Assembly: GCA_016748015.1 (NCBI GenBank)
Contig: JAAOMT010000503.1
Coordinates: forward strand, 124,001-188,000
Length of the DNA stretch: 64,000 bases
Direction: 5' to 3'
From: Geosiphon pyriformis uo1
Lineage: Eukaryota > Fungi > Glomeromycota
The notes beneath the pieces were generated by a model. That model saw nothing but the letters and a program-made list of their open reading frames with translations, had not been told where the DNA came from and did no database searches. Each line of letters starts with the position of its first letter. Position 1 is the stretch's first letter. Of the stretch, positions 47,596 to 61,662 are shown piece by piece. The translations under genes and the position numbers were made by a program.

Positions 47596-47620
47596 TCGGA
47601 GATTTGTGGAGGTAAGAGAG
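47596..47620 (-). promoter_or_regulatory. Displaced extreme 5' end (putative internal promoter) of LINE-1st copy
   Basis: Minus strand CTCTCTTACCTCCACAAATCTCCGA versus second LINE CCTTCTTACCTCCAAAAATCCCCAA. The promoter role is inferred from general LINE biology. Confidence 0.65.
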
Positions 47621-47929
47621 AAAAAAGTTTTTAAGATTATATATAAATAAATTAAATAATATTTTATTTAATAGTAAGTATAAAAATATAAAGAAAATAA
47701 AATAAAATTTTTATTAAGTTAGAAATAAAAAATAGTTTTTTTTAAAAGAATGAGTTTTGTTTTCTGTTTGTCTTTTTTTATTTGCTAAAATTACTTATTT
47801 TTTATATATAATTTTTAATTTTACAAAATTGCTTTTAATTATTAAGTTTTTTTTATGTTATTATATTTTAGTTATGTTTTTTCAATAGCTTTTAAATTGG
47901 TTTTTTTACTCAGGTAACACTAATAAAAA

Positions 47930-48830
47930 TTTTTAAACATCTATGTTTGTTTATTATTAATAATCTTAGCCATATAAACAGAATTTTTTTTATAAACATT
48001 AACTACTTAACTATAACCAAGTTAACAATTTCAAATAATTTAAATTTCATTTAAGTTTTTTACCAAAGACCAATAAACTGCATTTAATTAATACAATCTT
48101 ATTAAATTTAGAAAAAACTAATTTTATAATTAATTTAAAAAAATTAACAGAAATTTTTTAACAATTATTTTCTAATCTAAACAGTTATTTACTTTCTTAA
48201 TATTAATATTTATCAAAATTTTCTTACTAATAACCAATTTTTTAATCTTATTTAGATTTAATTTTAACATAAAAAATAATTTGATAATTTTTGAATTTTT
48301 AAAAAAATAGATATTCTCCCAAAATTATTTATCTAAAACACATAATTTGACCAATAACAATTGTTTAGAGCCAATAAACTTAAAATTTAGAAGTAACAAA
48401 ATATTATTGTTATTATTACTCAAATTATCAAAAAAAAATTTTTTAGCTTGTTGTTCAAAACATATATCTTAATATATATTTTTTTAAGCATAGCCTTATT
48501 TATTATATTATTTATTTTTAAATTCAAATTTACATAGCTAGTTTTCTTAACAAATGTGTTTTTTATATTCTTAATATTTAAAATCTTACTAATACTGTTT
48601 ATTTTACTGTTGACTTTGCTACTCTAAAACTTTACAGACTTAGAGTCATCAACTTTTATATTACTAATATCTAAAAAGTTAACAAACAATTTAATAACTT
48701 TATTATTAACAACAGACTTTTTTGGTTTCTTATAGAACATATTATATAAATAAACATTTTCAAAATATTTGTTCTTAATATTAAACCAGGTTTTCAATTC
48801 AGCCAAATCAGAATTAAACTATTAGTAAAA
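47930..48830 (-). pseudogene. Extremely AT-eroded 5' part of another LINE ORF1
   Basis: Manual translation KKLVISKKILININIKKVNNCLD*KIIVKK...LVFSKFNKIVLIK..MQFIGLW...NSVYMAK aligns (with frameshifts) to AREKGIDVNNNLKKQGMRSDQAVIIKEIP..VSEFGEIKLIRIQLIEMW..NSVHVAK of ORF1 at 36500-36794. Confidence 0.6.
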
Positions 48831-48841
48831 AAGTCTATTAG

Positions 48842-51120
48842 TTTTTTTTTTTATTGCTTAATAAATACAGCCCAAAAGCCAACCTAGTACAATACATCAA
48901 ACTAAATGATCTAAACTAGGCATTAAGCATGTGCTTTTTACATGTAACTAATTACTTGGACCAATTAAGAATACACTACACTAAAGCCTTAAAAGAAAAC
49001 TTATTCAAAGAAAACATTCTTTGAATAATTTCAAACAATGTAGTACTATCAATCAATTCAACTAGTCATTTAGCTATTTTAAAGACATCAGTCTTTACAA
49101 TAGCAGATTCATGTTTTCAAAAAGACATCAAGTTAGAAAACACCTTATCACTTAAACCAAACAGATGCTCTGAATCACCAGACATATTAACATCCTTTAT
49201 GCAACATTTTTTTTAAAGAAACCACTTTTCTTCTCAACTTATCAACAATTTTACTAAAGAAATCCATATGTATCATAACCTCATTAATCCTAAAGCCAAG
49301 ATTACTGCTTGAGATTAAATCCCTATTAATAAATTGTTTAAACAATTTGACCAAAGAACCAACTGGTTTAACAATAGACTCAACCAAAACAGAAAGCTTA
49401 ACCAAATCAAATTCCAAAGAAGCCAATTGAAAAGACATCAATAAATTATTAACAACCATAAAAAGAGGAGTAAAAACTGCCAAAAAAAAAACTCAGAAGA
49501 ATTCAGAGAAACAAAAGCCTTTACATAAAAAACACCACCTACAAAACATGTTTTAAACATCTTAGGAGCCTTAAAAGAAGAAAGTAGAGAAACTTTGCAG
49601 TCTATAATTAGATGGTCCACTTCTTGACACTTAAAGCAATGCCAACAACCAGAAGTTTCTCACCAAATATAGCATTTTTTTAAGATACCAGTCTTGATAA
49701 CTGCAGAATCCAAATCAACTTGAGAACCAAATATAACCAGAGCAAACTGGAAATAATAATCAGACTTAGGAGAATGAAAAATGAAACATGTCTGACTACC
49801 AACTTGGGAAATTAAATTACTAATCTCAAAAGCAGTGCAGCAAGAAGAAAGATTGACCAATTTGGTCTTAAATTTATCATGAGACAGAATAGTCTCATTT
49901 TAATTCATCAAGGAGAAAATTCTAATACTATTCTTGCCTACCAAAACTAATTAATGATTTAAAGCAGACACAACAAAATTCAACTTCTCAAAATAAACAA
50001 CTACATATTGCCAAATGTCAATAAGCTTTAGCACAACATGATTAACCATACCAAAAACACTGAAAGCTGTCTTAATATTAGCAGCAGACACACCTAAAGG
50101 CACATTATGCAGCACAACAGCAGCAGAAGGGAAGCCAAACTCAGAAATCACCAAAGACTTGGCAATTTTAAGAGTGGCAAGATGAACAGAGCTTGAAAGC
50201 TCGACCAAAAATGCAGCATTCAAAGAGTTTTGGGAAGCAAACACCATACAAAAAAGTTTTACATTGTCTTTTACAACTGATTTCACATTCAAAAAACCAT
50301 GCACAGATTAAAAAACAGCTCTAACATAAGCCAATTTAATCTTAAAAATAATACTAGACACCAAAATAGAGACTATCTATCCAGCAAATCTTTGATAACT
50401 AGTAATAGTTTCTCAAGCACTACTAACAACAGCATCAGAAACCAGAGGAGAAGATGATTCAGTTTCTATTTGGTCAGCCCAGTTCTTAATAACAGATGAC
50501 ACCACAGAAGATGATTGTTTTATTTCTAAAACCAATAATAATCTGTTAAAAAACACTATATTTGACAATTCAACCAGTAGTTGATCTTGGCCCATCTTAG
50601 ATAATATGTCAGATAATACAACAAAAATCTTATTTAAGATCTTATTTGAAACCACAAAGGAGTTCGGTGTAACAATAGCAGAAACAAGCAATTGCTCCTA
50701 TTTTTCTGAATTTTTGGTCTTTTTGACTATTTTTTTTGAAGAGGAGGTGCTAAAAGCAAACATTAAAGCTATAAAGAAAAATACCAACTTGTTAACTGGT
50801 CTATTATTAAACACTTTTAGACTCTTAGTAGGGATGGAGACAATACTGGAACTAACCCAAGTGTGTTTTTTTGAAAGAATTTTTACTGATAAAAAACCAG
50901 CCAAAGATGGGGAGGTTGCTTTAGTAGCTACCAAAAACAGCTTTTCACAATTACTAAATAAAGGGAATACTTCTAAAATGTTCTGTCTGGTTGTTTTTAC
51001 AACAGAAAAAGCTTCTCTGGTTGAAATTTTATTAGATATCTTAGGAAAAATATTAGATACAGCTTTTTCACTCTTTGCTCTGGTCATAGTCATAAAATTA
51101 AGAAAACAAAAAGTTTATGA
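48842..51120 (-). mobile_element. ORF1-only non-autonomous non-LTR element, copy 1 (~2.3 kb)
   Basis: Single decayed ~700-codon ORF (51093 to stop at ~48976) with RRM-like segments and CFKCQEVDHLIIDC, followed directly by the LINE-type 3' tail and poly(A); no APE or RT. Confidence 0.82.
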
Positions 51121-51683
51121 TTCTATTAGTTTTATAATCACAAACAAAAATATGTTAAAAAAAATAGTTAAAAAATATAAAAAAAAGGGAAATAAAAAAA
51201 ACTATTTTTTTATAAAAATCTTATGTTTTTATTACAACCAGAAAATTAGCAAAAAAAAACTTTTTAATTATAATATTGTGATTATAATTAATATAATTAA
51301 AAACAAATCAATTGATTATATTTTTTGGTAATTATTTTTAAATAATAAATACAGATATAAAATATTAAAACATAATAAAATTTGTTGTTATTAAATTACA
51401 TATATTAATTTCTAATTTTTATTGGCATTTTTTAGATTGTCAAGTTTTTTGTATCTAATTTAGATTTGTAATTAAATTGTATTATAATTGAACTAATTGT
51501 TAATTTGTTATTATTTTGTTGTTAATTAATATTTATTAAATTAATTTTAATAATATAATTTTTTTTACATGTTTTTAATATTAATTTTTATAATATATAT
51601 TGTAATTTTTTGCATGAAAGTATTATATTTAATTTAAAATATTATAATAACATTATAAATTAAAAATAGTATTTATTTATTTA

Positions 51684-53945
51684 TTTTTTATTAAAGTTTA
51701 ACAAGTGAAACCCAAAAGCTACCTAGAATAATACATTAAAGAATCAATCTAAACTAGGAGTTAATCATGCATTTTTTACATGTGATTAGCCACTCAGACC
51801 AGTCAAAAACACACTATGCTGATGCTACAGAAGAAAACTTACCCAAAGATGACATTTTTTGAATAACAGAAAACAAAATTACACTGCAAGAAACCAAACC
51901 AACTAGTCACTTAGCAGTTTTAAAGAGATCAGTTTTAACATTAACAGACTTATGCTTCCAAAGGGACATTAAGTTGGAAAACACCTCATCACCCACAACA
52001 GACAGAAGCTCTGAATTACCAAACATATCAATGTCTTCCATACAGCATTTTTTTTTTAAAAAAACCACTTCCCTTCCTAACTTATCAACAGTCTTATTAA
52101 AGAAACCCATATACACCAAAATCTCATTAATCTTAAAACCAAGAGCACTACTTGAAACCAAATCACCATTAATAAACTGTTCAAAAATTGTAACCAAAGA
52201 GCCAATAGACTTAACAATAGACTCAACCAAAACAGAAAGCTTAGTCAAATTAGATTCCAAAGAAGACAGTCAGAATAGCACCAAAAGATCACTAACAACA
52301 ACTGGAGAAAAAACAAGAGGTAACAAAGATGGAAATCCAGAGGAGGCCAAAAGAGCAGAAGTCTTAGCATAAGACTTAGAACCAACAAAGTGTGGTATAA
52401 ACATCTTAGAAAACTTGGAAGGGGAAGGTAAAGAAATCTTACAATCTGCAGCCAGATGGCCTAATTCTTGATGCTTGAAACAACACTAACAATCAGGAGT
52501 TTCCTATCAAATATGGCATTTTCTCAATGTATTAGTTTTGACAATAGCAGAGTCCAAATTAGCTTGAGAACCAAATATGACCAAAGCAAACTGGAAATAA
52601 TAACCAGATTCAAGAAAATGAGGGATAAAACATGTCCGACCATCAACTTAAGAAATTATATTACTGATTTCAAAAGCTGTGCATCCAGAAGAAAGATTGA
52701 CCAACTTGGCCTTAAACTTATCACAAAACAAAATAGTCTTATATTGATTCACCAGAAGAAGGATTCTGACACTATCTTTGTTCACCAAAACTAATCAATA
52801 ATTCAAAGCAGATATAGCAGAGTCCAATTTTTCAAAATAAACCACTACATACTGCCAAACACCAGTAGATTTCAGCACAACACGAGTGACATTACCAAAC
52901 ACACTAAGAGCCATCTTAATGTTAGCAGCAGACACATCCAAAAGCACATCATGCAGTACAACAGCAGCGGAAGGAGAACCAAACTCAGAAATTACCAAAG
53001 ACTTAGCAATTTTGAAGGTGGCCAAATGTACAGAGCTTGTAAGCTCAACCAAAAATGCAGCTTCCAAAGACACTTAAGAAGCAAACTCCACACAAAACAG
53101 TTTTACATTGTCTTTTAATACTGACTTTATACCCAAGAAACCATGTACTAACTGAAAAACAGTCTTAACATGAGCCAATTTAATCTTAAAAGTAGCACCA
53201 GATACCAGAGTAGAGGCCACTTACTCAACAAACTTTTGACAACTAATAATAGTTTCCCAAGCACCACCAAAAGTAGCACCAGAAACTAGAGGAGAAGATA
53301 ATTCAGTTTTTATTTAATCAGCCCAGTTCCCAAAAACAGGTGACTCAACAGGAGAAAATTGTTTTGCTTTTAAAACCAGTGATGATTTACTAAAAGACAC
53401 CACATTTGGCAACACAGCCAGTGGTTAATCTAAGTCTATCTTGGACAACATGCCAGATAATACTATAGAGATCTCATCTAAAATCTCATTGGAAACCACA
53501 AAGGGGTTCAGTGTAACAATAGCAAAAGCAAGTAACTGCCCCCACTTTTCTGAACTTTTGGTCTTTTTGACCATTTTTTTTGAAGAAGAGGTGCTAGCAG
53601 CACCAAATGTAGAAGCTATAGAGAGAAAGACCAGCTTGTTAACTGGAGTGGAGACAACACTGGGACTAATCCAAGTATATCTTTTTGAGGGAACTTTGAC
53701 TGGTGAGAAACCAGCCAAAAATGAGGAAGTTGCTTCAGTATGCTTCAGTAGTTACTAAAGGCAGCTTATTACAATTACTGAGTAAAAGAAAGGCTTCTAA
53801 AATGTTCTGTCTAGTTGCTTCTACAACAAAGAGAGCTCTTTTGATTGAAATTTTATTAAATATCTCAGGACAGATATCAGGTACAGCTTTTTTACTCTTT
53901 GCTCTGGTCATGATCATAAAATTAAGGAAAAAAAAAGTTAATTTT
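51684..53945 (-). mobile_element. ORF1-only non-autonomous non-LTR element, copy 2
   Basis: Colinear with copy 1 over its whole length (MTRAKS.KAV.., VELTSSVHLAT.KIAKSLVISEFG, CFKHQELGHLAADC); ORF runs 53917 to stop at ~51814; same 3' tail. Confidence 0.82.
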
Positions 53946-54176
53946 TCTGTTGCTGCATTTATTTTTTGTTTAATTTTTTATAATTTTATCTATTTTAAAT
54001 TTAATATTGCTAAAAACCAAAATCAATTTATTATTATTATTATTATTTTTTTATTTCGTTTAACAAATGCAGCCCAACCACTATCTAGTATACAGATACA
54101 AGCTAAGTAAATCTAACTAAATATGGCTCACACATTTGCTACATGTGACTAGTCACTCAGGCCAATCTAGGCAATA

Positions 54177-57100
54177 CTACACACCTACATAAACTTTGAT
54201 ACTATCACAAATACCAGAAAAAAAAAGGCTAGCCTTACGCAAATCAAAACTGATAGCAAATGTCTCATCAATCCCAAGAAGACGAACAATTCTACCAGAC
54301 AAATGTTTAATAGAGTCAGCTGAAAGACCAATGGGAATTTCCAAAGCACAAACCAAACCACAATGTTCTATGTCCACTCTAAACTTAGTCCTGGGTAACC
54401 ACAAACCACACTGGTGTTTTTCAGCCAGGCGTCAAACAAAATCAGCCACCACCAAAACAGTCCGATTATGATCCTTGAAATGCACAGTAGCTTCATTGAC
54501 TTATTCTCTTAGTACAAAGCCTTTACACAATTGCATATACACTCCTGAATTATGACAATCAGCAAGCAGAATACACAACATAGGAGAGGATGCCGAAAAG
54601 CAGTCCACTAGCAATGACTTCCACAAAGTGGTCCTGCCCAACAAAATATCAGCATGCACAGCTGCTTCACTTCGACAAGTAAACACATGATCCGACAATT
54701 CAACATCACCACACATCAAACAGAAAATCCCAGGATAACATTTATTATACAATCTTTTATGAATGGCAACTGGTAACTTCTTATAAACCACCTTCATTAA
54801 ATAAGTACAGAGAACAGCTGAAGCTTGGCTTGTAAAGCCCAACAGCATGTGAGAGTCTGGGTGCCAAACTGAAGCCGTACACTTCTAATCAACCCTTACA
54901 ATCAAATCTTCATTGATCACTACAGAGCCAGGACCAGCTTTCTATTGAGCACGACAAATAGATCTATAAATATCCCGAACAAAATGTCAAGCATTGTCCA
55001 AGACAACCTGACCATGAGCCATGACATACCTTTCCCGAACACTTATAAGAAGAGACAAATTGGAGTGAGCAGTGTGCCCAGCCAAAGCATTGGCCTTGTT
55101 ATTGTGAGCATCATCCAAATGGCCCTTTACTTTTACCCACCCAACAGAAAAGTTCTTATCCTCAATCAACTTGTGAATATAATGCCTTTTCATCCAACAT
55201 TTGTTCCTGAAATCAGGAGCAATTAAACCCAATTCTGAAGCACACACATCAATAGTAGTCTGACTATCAATGTTAATAACAACCAAGCATGAAAAAGGAA
55301 CACATTTCAGTGCCAGGACAACAGTGTGAAGTTCAGCCATAGTAGAAGAAAGCAACCCACTGACCTCAATGCCAATACCCATACCAGCATCAAGAAAATA
55401 AGCTGCAGCCCTACCCACAACCTCAGCAGTGTTCAAATGAGACAAAGAACCATCAGTATACACTGTGAAGGTATCAGACCAGAATTCATGCAAATGTTTT
55501 CGAACAACCAAATATCTTTCCAAATCAAAAAAGTTTGAGCCACCAGAGACTGTGAACAAACCACCAGGAATGAGACAGTGACCATCCATGTATGCAGAAA
55601 CTTTGGAGTACCACAAGAGTACAGGACCCCTGGAACTTAGTTTCTTCCAGTGGCGAAAAGTCCTCCAACTGAGAACTGATCTATCTTTGCCTAATAACTT
55701 GTCACCAAAGGCAACACCAAAACACTTTAAAGAGAAAACCACACCAAAATAAAAAGAGCTATCCAAAATCGTCGACACAGGGAAGCGACCAGCACCACAA
55801 AAAGCACAAAGCAAATTGTTGACCAGATATATATCATTGTTCAAAAAAATTCTAACCATACCAGTAAGAAAATTGTTAGAGAGATTAACTCTCAACTTAA
55901 CAGAATGTCACAAAGAGTTTAACAGAGCTTACCCTAATATCTGTAGATCCAAAAAATGGTGTTCAAACAAATGCCCCAGAATACCAGATGCATTTGAGAA
56001 CCAAACCAATGAAGCCACCTTTCCTTCAGCCTGGATCTGTTCAAAAGTCTTCATGCCATAAAGGGAGAGATAATGTAAAGCCTTACTGGGAAAATCTCAA
56101 GACAAATTTGCTTTAGATTTGAGACCCTTTCTTAACATAACATCCCATTTCAAGCAGACACTCTTAGAAACAAAGCTGAATTGTGTGTGATAGCTGACAA
56201 TAGGTTGCAGGACTGAAGACACCAAGTACACAAATTGTTTATCCGTCAAAGCTTTCCTGAGAACCATATTGAAAAAGAACCTGACATCCGATTGAGCTTT
56301 GGCTAAACTAGACTTAGACAATCTGTTTGTTAACAAGAAAATGCCCAGATATCTATGAGTCTCACCCTGTTTAGCAATAGAGATAAATAGTCCATTAATA
56401 TGCAGAGACGCATCTGAAACTCTTTTGTTGATAGAAATTGCCACAGTTTTTTCACTGTTAATTGTGATATCATTGATCTCAAAAAATTTGCCCACAATAT
56501 CCAATATATGTTGTGTTGATGCTTGATTATTACCAATCCAGATAGTATCATTCACAAATGCACCTGCCATAAAAAATGAAGACTGACCACCACTAGACTC
56601 AATATGGCCAGATTTTGCTACAAAGTTGGTATTAATTCTGTAACTATATAAATGTTCATGATCTTTAACCTTACACAACAAAGAGTTATAAAAAATCCTC
56701 CACAAGAGAGAAGAGAAGACCTCTCCTTGATTCAAACCATCCAGCACGCAGTATTCATCCAAAAGGCCAAAATCAGTCATCACTCTATTAATCCTGCTCA
56801 CATGTAAGTTTCCAAAAAATGACACAAATCTGTCACACATTTTGATTTGCTTCAAACTGGCTTCCAACTGCTGCCAACCAACATAATCATAGGTCTTACG
56901 CATATTCTGCAACACCAACCAAACCTCCCTATTTTTCTCCAGAACATCTTCCATGATTGAACCAACAGCAAAAACTGGAGATTGAGTGGAAATACCCTTC
57001 AGAACTGAGAAATTGTCACCCTGGAGAACATCAAATCCAGAACAGGCCAAAGAAATACAGTCAGACAATAATTTAGAGAGTATCTTTCTGGCTGTCTTAA

Positions 57101-58862
57101 TTAATGCAATGGGCCTTGTATTCATAAGAATGCCATCCCATTTATATGGTTTGGGGATCATAGAAACCCAAGCTCTTTTCCAAAGGGCCAGAATCTCACT
57201 GATATTTAGGCAAAAATTTAAGAGACCCAATAAACACTTAAGCATATCATTACTACAATGTTTCCATAGCTCATTAGAGATACCAGACAAGCCAGCTGCT
57301 TTGCCATCAGATAGGTCCAAAATCACATTCACTAATTCACTGAAATGGATGTCATTTATAACATCAGAGAAGGCATTATCTTTCACATAATCCAAAGGCA
57401 CGTATTGGTGGGCCCACCTGAAGGACATCACTGAAGGTGAAATACGCTCCTTCATCCAGTTAACCATAATACTATTGACCCTGCTTTTCACCTTAATTGG
57501 ATCCAAAACCAGTTTATTGGCTATGACCAAGTGGTCCAAAACAACCTTATGAAAAGACTGCTCCAAAATACTTCTAATTATGTCCCCTTTGTTAGAACTG
57601 AAATTCTCTATGCATTTATTGATGGCACTCTGGATCGCTGTATTCCTCGCCACTCTGGATTTATAATACTTAGACTTCTTATAACACTTTCTAACCTAAA
57701 ACAGATGCTTGAACACCTCCACCAAATCAGCCCCATTTTAAACCAAAAAATCAAACTTGAAAGTCTCTTTATAATCAACCAGAAACTACCTCTTGATTAG
57801 ATGATCACACTTACACTTATCACTTGTATTCAAACTCTTGACAATCTTAGCCACCAATAACTCAAGTCTAAGGAACCTCGATGAATGTCTGTTTTTTGAA
57901 CAGTCAAATTTGCTAAACCAGCGCTTAGAAAACATAGCATCAGCAGCTCTTACCATAATTCCACACAACACGTCCCATATCTCATCCAGATTACTGAGAA
58001 CCTTAGCACTCAGAAAACTGCCTATGACCAAAGAGAGAACAGCAGACACATTATCCTTAAACTGTAATTATTTGGAAGGATCAGCATCCTTAAAGTCAAA
58101 CTTCCATCTGTTTCTGTTGGCCTGTTTGTGAATACTGTTTAGCTGAACATCAAGAAGACTCACCAATCCAATTAAAACTGAAATCATCTTATAATCCATA
58201 TCAAAAAACTCCATAACTGCGCCAATGTCCCACTTCATTAGAACAGAAACCAAGTTTTCACTGACAAAAATATAATCAATAACTTTTTCCACATCTTTGG
58301 AGTTGTTCCATGTAGGTGAACTAGCCAAAAAATGTTCTTTAAAAGAGTTAACAAGACCCAGATCTGCACATTTTCTGAAACTAACACTTTTCTTGGTATC
58401 TAATTCATTGAAGTCTCCACCCAAGATAACAAAAGAGCTTAAGTTGATAGCACTAGTGATTAAAGAGTTGACAGCAAAAGCCTGACCAAATTGCACACCA
58501 GCAGACACATCTGCATAGATACCCAAGATTGTAACCAAAAGTTTGCCCTTAAATAAGAGGCTAATTGAAATCAACTGACCAGGAATTTCATCAATTTTTG
58601 AAACATGCCGAACCACAGAAGAGTTTATAATAACAGCCACGCCAGCACCAAAAGAACCTGTATCAAGCTCTGATGTGAAAATGCAAACACCAGGGAACTT
58701 ATTCATGATCCACGGCTTAACACCAGATTTTAACTTTGTCTCCGTAATGATAAAAATGTCATTTCCAGAGTCCATGTGCCATCTAACTACATTGTCCTGT
58801 TTGGCAGGAATGTTCATGCCTCTCACATTACATGTCGTAATTCTCCAAACCAAACTGTTCAT
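54177..58862 (-). pseudogene. LINE ORF2: APE-RT-RNase H-Zn finger
   Basis: APE: TCNVRG, ETK, GGDFN, IDYIF. RT: RPIAL, QGEVFS, FVND, YLG. RNase H: YTDGS, AEL, DSQ, VKGH, N..AN.LA. C-terminal CLMC..E..DH..C. Confidence 0.94.
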
Positions 58863-60673
58863 TGAAATAAAGAAGAGACTGCAGAACCTGAACCAGCACA
58901 CATCTGATCTAACTTTTCCAATACTGAACAAACCAAAGCTTCGAGAGCCATCAACTTTGACTGCAAACAGCCCACTTTTGAAGTCAAAATTTTTGAATCA
59001 TTTGAACCCAAATTCAAGACACCAGAAGAAACTGAAGAGGGAGGAAGAACCACAGACTTAGAATTATCCAGAACCATATCTAAACCAAATTCCACATTTG
59101 CCATAACAGAGATAACCAAGGGCTGAGAAGAGGAGGCAAGAGTCATGAGCACCAGATTTAAATTGTTAAGTTTGTTTACAATACCAGACACTTTATCTGT
59201 GAGAAGTTCTAAAAAACACTCCAAAGAAGCGAGACAAGTCTCCAAAATTGAATAAACAGAAACCACAAGAGACAAATGACCAACCACATCTGAGACACCA
59301 GAAGAGGAGCCAAAACCAGAACCAAAACCATTAGACGAAGATACCAGAGAGACAACCTGGGCCCATAATTTGCCACCAAATACAGCTGGTCAAGAAATAG
59401 GCACACTCTTTTTCACATACAGCTTGGCCAACTAGAGATAGTTCTTATTAGAAACAACCCTTTTAAATAACTTGGACAGTTTAGGAGAAGTTGAAATCTC
59501 AGCATCACACTCTAGAACAGAATGACCAAGTTTTCCATACCGTTCACACTGAACCAGGTCCAATCTAGCCCAAAAAAGTCTCACCTCACCAAAAATAGGC
59601 TCCATACAAAATGCAGACTCTAATGCCTCATTATTTTCAACAAATCATAGCACAACAAACTCTATTGCCAGTGTCTAAGGATCAATTTATGACACAAGTT
59701 TTTCCATTAGCTCCTGCCAAAAGATTACCAAGATCATGAGCTGTTGTTCCCACCAGCAAAGTAAACAAAAGTGCCTTATACCAATCTCTAGATGCCCATG
59801 TCTCACAATCTCCCACAGTCTTGGCCATGCGCACTGAATTTTTTCTGATCAAGAAAGACCACTTAGCTGCCAACTGATTTCCCTGACTCGATTTGGCAAA
59901 CTACCAAACTCGGATACTACAGTGATGATCATGTCCTTAGGCATATTCATGGGAATTTCTTTGATCACTACAGCCCAATCTGAGTGAAGCTCTTGTTTTC
60001 TTACATCATTGTTTATAATGATCTTTTCTTTTTTGGCCAATAATACAGCTTTCCTCATGCTCTTCTCAGAAGTAAATGTCAATCAGATGATCTTTTCAAA
60101 TTTTGAGGGGGTAGTGGTTCCCCCAAAACCATTGATTTTTGAAAAAATTTTTCTGATGAACTGAGTTTTTTGCATAGCCGATTTCTCTTCCATAGCCAAA
60201 AGATTGATGTCTAAAGCAAATGATTTCTTAACTGACACCTTCACAAAAGTTTTGATGACCTTGGAATCAATCTAAATCTTATCCAAAGAAACCTTTTTCC
60301 TAAGAGGAAGCAGAAAGGGCTCCACCTTTTCATCCATTTCAAAGTCAGGAGAACCAATAGAAGAACCAAAATTCACACCAGTATTCACATGTTTAGCCTT
60401 GGAAGTATTAACAGCCGAGTTCAAGAGAGAACCATCAAAACCACCAAACATATTAACATTTTCATCATCCCCAAATAGGCTCTCCACATCAAAATATACA
60501 CTAGCACCAGAATCAAACTTCAAAAAAATATCCTTTTTATCACCAGAGTGTTTAATATTTCCAAGAGAAGCCTTCTTTTTTTGTAAAAATGAACCACCAG
60601 CAGGACTGTGAAACATGCCCTTAGAAGTCTTCTTATTAGACATGCTGCCATTAAAGACAGCCTCCAAATCCAT
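58859..60673 (-). pseudogene. LINE ORF1
   Basis: Homologous to 35530-37406; zinc knuckle CERYGKLGHSVLEC near 59505-59550. Confidence 0.88.
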
Positions 60674-61601
60674 AACAAAAGAATTGTTAGTTAAAGAAAT
60701 GTTAATATATTATTAATAAGAAAAACAAAAAACTTCTTTTTCAGAAAATAACTCATTGGGGATTTTTGGAGGTAAGAAGGAAAGAAGTTTTTTTTTATTT
60801 ATTATTAATTATAAAATAATTTAAAATTATTTTTTAAAATATTTTTGATTATATAATTTTTATTATTATTAAAATTTTAAAATTATGTCTTTATAAACAC
60901 TTTTTTAATTAAATTATATATAATTTTATAAATAGATTTTTATATTTTTTTATATTTTTATATTTTGTTTTTAACTAAAAACATTTTTAAATTAATTTTA
61001 CTTAATATTATTCATATTTTTAAAATTTTATTTTTATTAGTTTTTGTTTGTTTATTTTTATAAAATAATTAATTGTATATTCAAAAAATTAATTAGATAT
61101 ATTAAAATAAAAATAGTTTAATAATTAATATTAAAAAACTTTTTTATATTCAAAATTTTTTAATTGATCACAATATTAATAAATAAAACAAAAAAAAATA
61201 TAATTAATTATTTTTAAGTTTTTCTAAATAATTGTTTTAATTATTAAACTATTTACTAAAAAGTTAACCAAATTAAAATTTAATTATTTTTTAAAACCAA
61301 TGTACTTTTTAAATCTGTTTTTATTAAAATTATTATTTAAAATTACAAAAAAATTCTTATTTATAGTTTTAATTATTTATAAATTAATATTATAAACTTA
61401 AGCTATTTGTGTTTTTATAAAAATATTAATATAAAGCTTTAAAATTAAAACAAAAAATTTATTTTTAAATAGTAATTTAATTAATAATTTTAAAAACTTT
61501 GCAAATATATTAAAACAAATTATTATTTATTATAATTACAATATTAAAACTTAATAACCATAATCCAAATTAAAAATAAAAATTTTTATGTTATTAAACT
61601 T

Positions 61602-61602
<1 letters not shown>

Positions 61603-61662
<60 letters not shown>

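Larger units (their letters stand above)
54028..60787 (-). mobile_element. Full-length RNase H-containing LINE, 2nd copy (~6.7 kb, decayed)
   Basis: Has 5' UTR, ORF1, ORF2, the conserved 3' tail, poly(A) and (TAA)n. Confidence 0.94.

Noticed and set aside
50606-51331. 241-aa plus-strand ORF and similar antisense ORFs (53441-54110, 56986-57390, 41069-41491)
   Set aside because: Antisense shadows of TE ORFs running into AT-rich sequence; no motifs, and not conserved as a frame between paired copies.
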